IMG/VR virus record: IMGVR_UViG_3300033121_000168
Coordinates: 1-64,000 of that record
Reading direction: 5' to 3' (one strand)
DNA from: a virus
Taxonomy: Duplodnaviria; Heunggongvirae; Uroviricota; Caudoviricetes
DNA length: 64,000 bases
Shown here: in pieces, positions 15,560 through 24,225 of the stretch
Layout: each line of letters begins with the position of its first letter
How positions within the stretch are numbered: position 1 is the stretch's first letter
Program-made: the position numbers and the translations under genes
The notes under the pieces: generated by a model
Database searches by the model: none
The model's input: only the letters and a program-made list of their open reading frames with translations
What the model was told of the DNA's origin: nothing

Positions 15560-17108
15560 ATGAGTTCTAATACTGTATTTGCACCAGCGTCAAAAGCACA
15601 AGAGCAATTCTTGAATAGTGATGCAGATATTACTTTCTATGGTGGTAAAGTTGTGCCTCCATTCAAAACCTATTTAATTCGGTGAAACCCTAACGTAAAA
15701 TCGAGGGCAATACCGAGCCAAGCAGGGGGTATTTTTAATATCCCCGGGCGTGTGTAGAGACTATGGGAAACCAGTAAGGTTCAAGCGAATCTGAAACAGT
15801 AGGATGCTTTATAGCATAAGATATAGTCCGACACCCAAGGAAACTTGGGAGTACTCTAGCGAAGTACATAACTTTCTGGCAGCGGGCAGTGGAAAGAGCC
15901 ATTGCTTACTTATGTCGTTCCTAAAGTTTTGTCATCATCCACGTACTCGTGGTGTGATATTTAGGCGAACAACAAAGCAGATCACAAACCCTGGTGGTTT
16001 ATTTGACTCTGCAGTTAATTTATACAAATTAGTAGATCCTAAACTAAGAGTAAGAATGAGAGAGTTAGAACTTGTTTTTAGTTCTGGAGCTGTTCTCAAA
16101 TTTGCTTACCTTGACAATGCTTCTGATAAATATAACTTCCAAGGTGCGGAACTTACTTTCATTGGTTTTGATGAGATTCAACAATTAAGTGAAGACAATG
16201 TAACTTATTTGTTTTCTCGTTTGCGTTCAACCTCAGTTGATTATAAGAAGCAGATTGTAGCTACAGGTAATCCTGACTACGATAGTTTCATTCGACATTG
16301 GGTTGAATTTGCACTTGATGAGCGTGGCATTCCAATTAGAAAAGATGTTTACCCTACTCGATATATGTGTCAAGCGATGGGTGGCTCTATTGAGTGGGCA
16401 GATACTAGAGAAGAACTAGAGAAGAAATATGGTACTGGGGATGACTCTGGTATTCTATCCTTTACATTCATTCCAGGGACTATTTATGATAATCCACCTT
16501 TGATGAAGGCTGATCCGACTTACGTTAGTAAGTTAAAGAAACTTCCTCGCGTTGAGATGGAACGTCTTCTATTGGGGTCTTGGTATGCAAGACAAGAGGC
16601 TGCAGGACTATGGAAGAGAGAGTGGATTACTCTTGTAGATCATCCTAATCCTAAAGCAACAAAAAGGATTAGAGCCTGGGATTTTGCGTTTAGTCTACCC
16701 TCCGAACAATATCCAAATCCTGACTGGACTCGTGGTGTCCTTATGTCAAAGGATAAGAACAGTGTTTACACAGTTGAAAATGTCGTTTCTATGCGAGACA
16801 GAGTACACGAAGTTGAGAAGTTAGTATTTGAGACTGCAATTCGGGATGGACAAGAGGTTATTATTTCTATACCTATTGACCCTGCAGCAGCAGCAGGAGC
16901 ATATGCTAGAGACTTCCAACGGAGGCTTTCTGAATATGGTTTCAATGTGAAACTATCGAAGCCTGTAAAGTCCAAGGTAACTAGATTTGCTCCATTTTCG
17001 AGTGTAACTCAGGCTGGATTTGTTAATGTAGTAAAGGGTGATTGGAATACTCCTTTCTTTGATGAATTGGAGATATTCGATGGAGATCCTAAGAAAAAAG
17101 ACGATTAA
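15560..17108 (+). CDS. terminase large subunit, split gene: exon 1 15560-15646 (29 aa) + exon 2 15879-17108, joined by group I intron splicing
   Basis: Exon 1 (GGAGG RBS) encodes MSSNTVFAPASKAQEQFLNSDADITFYGG; exon 2 continues AAGSGKSHCLL... (Walker A), FDEIQ Walker B and a C-terminal nuclease domain. The Walker A motif YGG|AAGSGKS is regenerated only when 15647-15878 is removed; exon 2 is in frame 0 with the long ORF 15804-17108. Confidence 0.8.
15647..15878 (+). ncRNA. group I self-splicing intron (232 nt, no ORF) in the terminase large subunit gene
   Basis: 5' exon ends in U (..ATGGTGGT); internal guide sequence GCCTCCAT at 15655-15662 pairs 7/8 with the exon end; P7 strands AGAGACTATGG / AAGATATAGTCC (canonical S element); P9 hairpin CCCAAG-GAAA-CTTGGG; terminal G at 15878 precedes GCAGCGGGC of exon 2. 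Confidence 0.7.
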
Positions 17109-17314
17109 ATTGGGTCGTCTATAAACTCATTGAATTCGGTGGACACCTACTTGGAATCAAGTAGACAATACCGAGCGAAGCTGGTGTAATACCAGAACGT
17201 GTAACGACTAGCCGAAAGGCGTAGGGGCAAGTGCTCCGAAGCGGTGAGAAACCTAATAACTTAGGTTTAAGATATAGTCTCATCTGCATGGTGACATGCA
17301 GCATTTTAATATAG
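17106..17314 (+). ncRNA. second group I intron-like element inserted exactly after the last sense codon of the terminase large subunit (3' boundary uncertain)
   Basis: Exon end AGACGAT (17099-17105, last nt U) pairs perfectly with GTCGTCT at 17114-17120 (P1 with terminal U-G). Shares AATTCGGTG, CAATACCGAGCGAAGC, ACGACTAG (P7 5') and AAGATATAGTCT (P7 3') with the intron at 15647. P9-like hairpin CTGCATG-GTGA-CATGCAG. The terminase TAA stop is the first 3 nt of the element. Confidence 0.5.
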
Positions 17315-17324
17315 GAGAATTTCT

Positions 17325-17852
17325 ATGATTTATAATTCAAACTCTACAGGCCCTTTTAAAATTCTGCAAAGGAATGGTGATGCTTGTTTAATTCAGTTTA
17401 TAGACACCGGCACCACCAAAACTGCTTGTATTTCTAATATATTAGCTGGTAAAGTAAAAGACCAATATTTCCCTACTGTGTATGGTAAGGGGTATTATGG
17501 GGATTACGACAAGACCACGACTTATTACAAGCAGGCTAAACAGCTTTGGCAAAATATGCTAAAAAGATGTTATTGCGAAAAAGACTTAAAAGGTTACTAT
17601 GGTAAAGCAACAGTATCACAAAGATGGCTGAACTTTAGCAATTTCCTAGAGGATTTACCTAGCCTTGTAAACTTTAAGCAGTGGCTTGCTGGACAACAAA
17701 AAACAGGCGGGAAATATAATCTGGATAAAGATTTAAAGGTAAAAGGTAATACCTGTTACTGTAAAGAAGCCTGTATGTTCGTAACTGAGTTTGAAAATAA
17801 ATCAGAGGGCGCTAAAAATGGCAAACCTTATACTAAAATGGGCAAGAGTTAA
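17325..17852 (+). CDS. hypothetical protein next to the second intron-like element; possible intron-associated endonuclease/DNA-binding protein
   Basis: 175 aa with its own GGAG RBS; W-x2-M-x2-RC-Y motif (LWQNMLKRCY) and Tyr/Lys-rich regions reminiscent of DNA-binding modules in homing endonucleases; the position mirrors intron-encoded ORFs. Confidence 0.4.
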   Translation: MIYNSNSTGPFKILQRNGDACLIQFIDTGTTKTACISNILAGKVKDQYFPTVYGKGYYGDYDKTTTYYKQAKQLWQNMLKRCYCEKDLKGYYGKATVSQRWLNFSNFLEDLPSLVNFKQWLAGQQKTGGKYNLDKDLKVKGNTCYCKEACMFVTEFENKSEGAKNGKPYTKMGKS

Positions 17853-18056
17853 CGCCTCTTGTTTAAGGTAATGCAAGCTGATTGTTGTTCAGACGCTTTC
17901 TTGCTTTTGAACAGAGAGTTGATCATACCTGAGATGACTATAACAGAGTTGTCTTCATCAAACCCCTTCAATTTTAACACAAGTCTAGGTCACACAGGAT
18001 TATCTGCTCCACCTTTACCTACAAATTTACCTTCTTTTAATTTTTAAAGGATAATT

Positions 18057-19505
18057 ATGGAAACAAAAGTAGAAAAAGGATTAGATGATCCTAATCGTTT
18101 TAAGCTTTCTGAGATGGGATACATTGGATTAAATATCTTTGATGGTATTACTTCGGATGAACTAAAGAAGGAATTGAATTTCCCTTATAATCTAAAGACA
18201 TATAAACAAATGTCAGTTCATTCTACAATTAATTCAGCTTTAACTTTATATGACAACATTATCAGTAAAGCTAATTGGGTTGTAAGACCTCCAGAATCAC
18301 CTACTCAGGAAGAAAAAGATCAGACTAAATTCATTGAAGAATGTATGCAAGATATGGAACATTCTTGGTCTGAATTTATTCAAGAAGCTTTAAGTATGAC
18401 CACTTTTGGTTTTTCTGTGCATGAAAAAGTCTACCGTAGACGATTTTCTTCTAATGGTAGTAAATATAATGATGGTAAAATTGGTTGGAAAAAGATTCCA
18501 ATTCGTTGCCAGGAAAGTATTACTAGATTTATTTATTCAGAAGATGGAAATGACTTAGTTGGTGTTAAACAGAATGTTTCTGCTTTACAAGATCCAATGA
18601 ATCGCTACAAGAATAAGACTGAAGTTGCTTTTCCAATTTCTAAAGTTCTTCTCTTTAGAACTGGTCGTCATAGAGGTGATCCATTTGGTAAGAGTCCCTT
18701 GCGTGATGCTTATCTAGCATGGAGATACTTGATGGCTTTGGAAGAAATTGAAGCTACTGGAGTTACTAAGGATTTGCAAGGATTTCCGGTTCTGTACCTG
18801 CCACCTCAGTACTTAGCATCAGATGCCACACCAGAACAGAAGACTATTCGTACATACTATGAGCAGTCTATGGCTAATCTTCAAATGAATCAGCAGTCTG
18901 CTATGATTCTTCCACAAGCATTCGATCCTGATACAAAGCAGCCTTTGTTCAAGATGGAGCTTTTAAGCGTCTCTGGTCAAAAGGGCTTTGACACAGTAAA
19001 AATTAAAGAATACTATAAAAATTTAATCCTTACTTCATTATTCGCGGATATTCTAATCATGGGTCAAAGTACTACAGGTAGTTTTGCACTTGGTCAGATT
19101 AAAAATAGTCTTACAGGTACTGCTGCTGAATCTTTTATTTCCACTATTAGGGATGTAATCAATAAAGATCTGATCCGCCAGACTTACGAATTGAATGGTT
19201 GGGATGCTTCAAGAGCTTGTGTAATTGATTATGAAAACATTGATAGTGTAGATGCTGAAACATTCTCTAAGGCAATTCAACGTATTGCTTCAGTAGGATT
19301 CTTGACGAAAGACCTTGACACTATTAATAAGATTAGAAATGTATTAGGTACAGATGAACTTCCTGAGGGGACAGATTTTGAATCTTTACTTAGTGATATC
19401 ACATCCAGGTCTGGTGATGGGATGAGTAAAGGGTCAGGAAATGGAACAAGCGATGTAGTTGCTTCAACTGATACCTCTTCCAATAATGCAAATAATGCGA
19501 GTTAA
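18057..19505 (+). CDS. portal protein
   Basis: 482 aa, AAGGAT RBS, downstream of terminase; size and composition typical of siphovirus portals, acidic C-terminus. Confidence 0.65.
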   Translation: METKVEKGLDDPNRFKLSEMGYIGLNIFDGITSDELKKELNFPYNLKTYKQMSVHSTINSALTLYDNIISKANWVVRPPESPTQEEKDQTKFIEECMQDMEHSWSEFIQEALSMTTFGFSVHEKVYRRRFSSNGSKYNDGKIGWKKIPIRCQESITRFIYSEDGNDLVGVKQNVSALQDPMNRYKNKTEVAFPISKVLLFRTGRHRGDPFGKSPLRDAYLAWRYLMALEEIEATGVTKDLQGFPVLYLPPQYLASDATPEQKTIRTYYEQSMANLQMNQQSAMILPQAFDPDTKQPLFKMELLSVSGQKGFDTVKIKEYYKNLILTSLFADILIMGQSTTGSFALGQIKNSLTGTAAESFISTIRDVINKDLIRQTYELNGWDASRACVIDYENIDSVDAETFSKAIQRIASVGFLTKDLDTINKIRNVLGTDELPEGTDFESLLSDITSRSGDGMSKGSGNGTSDVVASTDTSSNNANNAS

Positions 19506-19507
19506 TT

Positions 19508-20062
19508 ATGAAATGTCCAAAAGCACTTTTAGATAATGATTTAAATGTAAAAAATCATTTATCTACAATAAAAAATAATGGTCTTGGTCCAGCAGATCCT
19601 ACTGTTTCAAATGATGATTTTTGGAATAATAAATCTAAGATTTGGAGCATATCAACTGGTGATGCTAGGTCAAGACTATGCATGAATTGTGAACACTATT
19701 TGAATACTTCTTTTATTAAAGAATGTATAGATAGTGGTCCGGCTAAAACAATAAAAGCTTCTGATCTTCCACTTACTCCAAAATGGAAAGATATTGAATC
19801 AAAACCAGTTGCATTTTGTACATTATATGAAATTACTTGTAGTCCACTTAGAACTTGTGATTCTCAAGAAGAAGGTGGACCCATAGATGATTTAAAATTG
19901 AAAGCAATTCAGTTTGGTAAATTTATTGAAGAACTTGGATTGGATTTAAATGAAATTGATGACACAGAAGTAGTGAAATCAGTTAAACTTTTAAAAAGTT
20001 GCAAATCTGTTAAAACTAAAGTATCTGATATGATTAAAAAGAAGTACTCAGATAATAAATAA
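19508..20062 (+). CDS. hypothetical Cys-rich protein
   Basis: 184 aa, start 3 nt after the portal stop. Confidence 0.5.
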   Translation: MKCPKALLDNDLNVKNHLSTIKNNGLGPADPTVSNDDFWNNKSKIWSISTGDARSRLCMNCEHYLNTSFIKECIDSGPAKTIKASDLPLTPKWKDIESKPVAFCTLYEITCSPLRTCDSQEEGGPIDDLKLKAIQFGKFIEELGLDLNEIDDTEVVKSVKLLKSCKSVKTKVSDMIKKKYSDNK

Positions 20063-20073
20063 GGAAAAATAAT

Positions 20074-23000
20074 ATGCCTAATGTAAGTGAAACTAGACTT
20101 GGTATTGATGGTAAATTAAGTGTAGAATTTTCAGGAGGTACTTCTGATGTTATTGATTTATCTCGTGCAGTAGCTGGAGTTTATGATCCAGTTACTGATA
20201 AAGTAAATCTGAATTCTAATTCAGTATCTGTTCTTTCTACAGCAGTTCCTACTCGTACTCCAAAAGCTCCTAGTAGTGGAGATTGGTATGTTCAGGAAGA
20301 TCAACAACTTCATGTTATTGCAGGAAGCCCTCTTGATTTCTCATCATATGTAAAAACTGCAATTCCTGCTGGGAGTAAAGGTTATGTAACCGCATCGGGT
20401 GATAACTTAATTGAGAATGGTGTAGTTGTCAAATTTAATGTAGCCACCTGGGCACCTGATAGTGGATTTTATTGGATTCCAGCTTCTAATTCTGAAGTTA
20501 CTGCTGCATTAGAACATCTTGTTCGTTCAGGATATAATGCTTTACGAATTCATGGAGTTGAAAATTTACTTCTTTCAGGAACTGATGGTGAATGGAATGT
20601 AAATACATCTATTCTTGATCGATTTGATTTTGTATTGTCAGAAGCAAAACGAGTTGGTCTTTATTGGATTCATAATCCAATGAATTGGTGGTTAGGTAAA
20701 GATATGGATGGTGCCACTGATCGATTTGCACCTAGCCATTCTGATGGTGGATATAAAACTCGTATTTATACTCATCAAAATATTAGAGATCACTGGTTAT
20801 CTGGATTGAATATTATTTACAATCGAATTAATCCATATACGGGTCTTAATATTTTAACTGATCCAGCAACATTGATGATTGAGTTATTTAATGAAACTGA
20901 TATCAATTATCTTGCTACAGTAAATAATGCAAGTAATAAATTTCCAGTAGCATTTCTTACTAGAGATTCAGGTGCAACTGCTGCTGCAAAGACATGGAGT
21001 GAATGGATTTCAGATACTTCTCAATTGCATGGTTATACTGATATTGCTGCATTGAATACTTCTTGGGGTACTGCATATGCTGATTTTGCTGCTGCTGGAG
21101 CTGCTGTACTTCCTAATAATTGTTTGACAGGTTCAGCACCATCAACTAACATTGGTATTGATATTTCAATGTACTCTACATATCTTGATGATCATTTGGC
21201 AAGTTTTTATGTATCAGTAGCTAACTCACTCGGTTTGAAATGTTTATTATCTCAGTATACAACAGCAATTCATTCATTACTTGCATATAGAGGTATTTCA
21301 AGTCAAGCATCTAATAGTGTAGTTAATTTACATGCATATCCTGTTTTGGCAGATGCTGGTTTAGATGTTGGATCTGTTATCAATAAGGGCGGTACTCCCG
21401 CAAATATTCCTTTATGGCATTCTACAAACAGAAATGGATTTGCTTCTACTCTTTGGCAAGCTGGCGGAAAACCTCTTTGGTTTGGTGAATATGGTTTCCC
21501 AAGTTGGGCTAAATATCGAGCACAATTTCCTATTTGGGTAGCTGCTATGATTCAAAATAATGCGGCTGGCGTCAGTTATTTTTGTCAAGGAAGGTTCTGG
21601 GAAAAAGATTACAAGCTTCTTTCAAATGGTACTACAGCTCAAAGATTTGGTAGAGTATATCCTTATGCTGGTCATGGTGATCCCTGTGCTCACTATAATG
21701 CTGTAATGATTGCTATTCTTCAACAAGGTGGAGTTATGACAAGTCAAACTTCAAAAGTTGATTATATAATTAACCCAAGATCTTTTGGATGGTATTCATC
21801 AGGTGGTGTAATTACTCGTACAGCAGGACGAAATGCAAGACTTCATGGCGGATTATATCGTCCAATGATGTATAATTCTCTTGTAAATCGTTGCAATATT
21901 CAATATGATCCAAGTATTACTTCAACAGATGATAATTATGCATCTGTAAACCTTGCTAGATCTTGGAAACAGTTCTTAGGTGATTTTACTCCTGTTAAAG
22001 CTATTTCTGGAGTACTAATTTCTGGATCATACGGCGGTGTTACAGCATCAGCAACTGCTCCAATCTTAACATTATCTTCTCCATTGTATTCAAATACAGT
22101 TACTGGAGATAAGATTCTTATTACTAATTTGACTGGTTCTGGTGGAACATGGCCTGGAACAACTTTAGCTCAAACTGCATGCACAATTACTGTTATTGAT
22201 TCTCAACACGTACAGGTTACGTCTGGTTTAAATCTTACAGGTACATCTGGATTTACTTCTGGTACATATTGTGAAGCTGCTGAACACTTCACATCTATGT
22301 ATAATAATAGTGGTAATATCCTTACAGTTTCAACAACTGGAACATTCTTTGGAGCTACTGCAACCACTACAAGTCCAGTTCTTACTCTTGGTGCAAATGG
22401 TGGCAGTACAGGAACTACTTCATTAGTCACTGGTGACGAATTCTTTATCACTAACTTAACTGGAACTGGGGGAACAGGTGGTTCATGGCCAGGAACAGGA
22501 TTTAAAAATTCAACACTCACTGTTACTGTTTTAGATACTGCAACTAATACTGTACAAGTTACTATTTCTTCTGCACTTCCATCTGGATTATCTAGTGTTG
22601 TCCCAACTGCTGGAACATGGAATGAAGGTTTGAACATTGTTGAAGGACGATTTAGAGAATGGGGTATTTCTAGTAGAAAACAATGTGCTTGGATTAATAC
22701 TCCAAAACTTGTTGCATTTTCACATGCTTCTGCTACAACTTTCCCAGTGACTTATCAAAATGTTACATTCTCAGCATTGACGAATGATTCTAATATTTTT
22801 GTTGCTTCTCTTGATGGACTTCCATTAACTACTTCTAAAAAGATTTTAGTTGGAATGGTAAATGATGCACAAAATAGTGGAATGAAATTTAGTGATGGTT
22901 CAGCAAGAACGACTATTGCCTCAGGTGGACAATATCCAATTCAGTTGAGTGATAGTTATTCAAAGTTTACTCTTGCAAGAACTTCTTATGGTAATCCAAA

Positions 23001-23130
23001 GATTACTCCACTTGGAATTTCTGGTGCAAGGTTGTCTAAACCAAGTAAACTTGTAGTTGACGCAACCAATATTACTGTTGAAGTACAGAATTCAGTTGCT
23101 GATTCTATTTTCTGGTTAATTGAAATCTAA
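20074..23130 (+). CDS. large tail spike/fiber-like protein with glycoside-hydrolase-like central domain and conserved N-terminal anchor
   Basis: 1018 aa. N-terminal MPNVSETRLGIDGKLSVEFSGGTSDVIDL is homologous to the N-terminus of the ORF at 43215. Central region resembles a (beta/alpha)8 glycosidase (..IHGVENLL..WIHNPMNWW..LFNETD). C-terminal Gly/Thr-rich beta repeats. Confidence 0.55.
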   Translation: MPNVSETRLGIDGKLSVEFSGGTSDVIDLSRAVAGVYDPVTDKVNLNSNSVSVLSTAVPTRTPKAPSSGDWYVQEDQQLHVIAGSPLDFSSYVKTAIPAGSKGYVTASGDNLIENGVVVKFNVATWAPDSGFYWIPASNSEVTAALEHLVRSGYNALRIHGVENLLLSGTDGEWNVNTSILDRFDFVLSEAKRVGLYWIHNPMNWWLGKDMDGATDRFAPSHSDGGYKTRIYTHQNIRDHWLSGLNIIYNRINPYTGLNILTDPATLMIELFNETDINYLATVNNASNKFPVAFLTRDSGATAAAKTWSEWISDTSQLHGYTDIAALNTSWGTAYADFAAAGAAVLPNNCLTGSAPSTNIGIDISMYSTYLDDHLASFYVSVANSLGLKCLLSQYTTAIHSLLAYRGISSQASNSVVNLHAYPVLADAGLDVGSVINKGGTPANIPLWHSTNRNGFASTLWQAGGKPLWFGEYGFPSWAKYRAQFPIWVAAMIQNNAAGVSYFCQGRFWEKDYKLLSNGTTAQRFGRVYPYAGHGDPCAHYNAVMIAILQQGGVMTSQTSKVDYIINPRSFGWYSSGGVITRTAGRNARLHGGLYRPMMYNSLVNRCNIQYDPSITSTDDNYASVNLARSWKQFLGDFTPVKAISGVLISGSYGGVTASATAPILTLSSPLYSNTVTGDKILITNLTGSGGTWPGTTLAQTACTITVIDSQHVQVTSGLNLTGTSGFTSGTYCEAAEHFTSMYNNSGNILTVSTTGTFFGATATTTSPVLTLGANGGSTGTTSLVTGDEFFITNLTGTGGTGGSWPGTGFKNSTLTVTVLDTATNTVQVTISSALPSGLSSVVPTAGTWNEGLNIVEGRFREWGISSRKQCAWINTPKLVAFSHASATTFPVTYQNVTFSALTNDSNIFVASLDGLPLTTSKKILVGMVNDAQNSGMKFSDGSARTTIASGGQYPIQLSDSYSKFTLARTSYGNPKITPLGISGARLSKPSKLVVDATNITVEVQNSVADSIFWLIEI

Positions 23131-23131
23131 C

Positions 23132-23327
23132 ATGCCATACTCGAAAGATAATCCGCCACAGTGGTCATCTAAAAATCGAGTCATGTTCAAGAAGTGGCAA
23201 TCCGAGTTTTTAATCAGACCTTTAGTGATACTGGCTCTGAAGAAAAAGCAAGGATTGCTTCTTTGGCTGCAATGAAAAATGCAGAGGAATCTGACAAAAA
23301 GAAATCAGTCAAAAAGCTCTTAACTTG
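23132..23327 (+). pseudogene. possible small gene disrupted by a frameshift at a T5 run
   Basis: ATG 23132 opens MPYSKDNPPQWSSKNRVMFKKWQSEF.. and a second frame continues ..RVFNQTFSDTGSEEKARIASLAAMKNAEESDKKKSVKKLLT to 23327; the frames meet around GAGTTTTTAATC. Confidence 0.25.
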
Positions 23328-23331
23328 AAGT

Positions 23332-23691
23332 TTAATACACTTCAATTTGATATTGATTGATAAAATCTTTAAGCCAATCTGCTTCTTTTGTAGAAGAGGT
23401 TAATTGTTGTCGAACTTTGTATTTAGATTTTTTAACAGGAACTTGATCTGTTAATTGTTTCATGAATTGTTTCACCTCTTCATTATCTTCAATATAGATT
23501 GAGATTGAAGTTTGGACATTCATATCGTCAATATTTTTAAGTACTGGGATTAGTACATCTCCGAATGTAAAGGATGAGCAGTTTTCTTTAATTACTTCTT
23601 CACCATCCCAGTATTTAATCTTTACTCGATAATATGAAATATCAAGAAAAGAATCTGTTTTAATGAATACAAGTTTGATGTGATTAGACAT
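23332..23691 (-). CDS. hypothetical protein, lone minus-strand gene inside the plus-strand structural block
   Basis: 119 aa, strong RBS AGGAGA 4 nt upstream of the ATG on the minus strand; divergent from the 23815 gene. Confidence 0.55.
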   Translation of the reverse strand: MSNHIKLVFIKTDSFLDISYYRVKIKYWDGEEVIKENCSSFTFGDVLIPVLKNIDDMNVQTSISIYIEDNEEVKQFMKQLTDQVPVKKSKYKVRQQLTSSTKEADWLKDFINQYQIEVY

Positions 23692-23754
23692 TGGATCTCC
23701 TAGTGTTAAGAAGCTTTGATTGTACTAAATTTCAAATTTTCTGTCAATATGTTC

Positions 23755-23793
23755 AGAAAATACTGGATTATATTAGTACTTTATGATATAATT
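23755..23793 (+). promoter_or_regulatory. candidate promoter with extended -10 (TGATATAAT)
   Basis: TGATATAAT at 23784-23792, about 22 nt upstream of the 23815 start; divergent intergenic region. Confidence 0.4.
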
Positions 23794-23814
23794 TACATTA
23801 ATGTAAGGTATTAA

Positions 23815-24222
23815 ATGCAAGAAATTACAAATAATAAACAAGTTCAGATTATTAAATCATTGAACGAAGAAAAACGTTTAGCTACCTTTGTAGTATTAGA
23901 ACCTCAGGATAATGATGGTTTGACTACTGATTTACACGGTGATACTTACACTGCTGATGCAGTTGAACAAGCTTGTCATGACTTTAATACTCAATGTAGA
24001 AAAGCAAATCTTTTACATATGCTTGATACTGATTCATATGAATTTGTTGAGAGTTATATTCTTCCGGTTGAAGCTGAAATCAATGGAAAAGTTATTAAGG
24101 CTGGAAGTTGGTTAGCTGTTGTTAAAGCTAAAGAAGATTGGATTTGGCAGGGTATTAAAGATGGAACTTTTAACGGTCTTTCTATTCAGTGTAATGCTGT
24201 TTATGAAGATATAACGGAGTAA
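23815..24222 (+). CDS. head morphogenesis protein, possibly a small prohead protease (XkdF/DUF2213-like)
   Basis: 135 aa directly upstream of an acidic scaffold-like gene; ..FVVLEPQDNDGLTTDLHGDTYT.. resembles the N-terminal protease part of XkdF-type proteins; call is tentative. Confidence 0.35.
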   Translation: MQEITNNKQVQIIKSLNEEKRLATFVVLEPQDNDGLTTDLHGDTYTADAVEQACHDFNTQCRKANLLHMLDTDSYEFVESYILPVEAEINGKVIKAGSWLAVVKAKEDWIWQGIKDGTFNGLSIQCNAVYEDITE

Positions 24223-24225
24223 TTA

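Noticed and set aside
17859-18047. 62-aa ORF between the 17325 ORF and the portal gene
   Set aside because: No RBS and an odd composition. The interval may be the 3' part of the intron-like element or plain intergenic sequence
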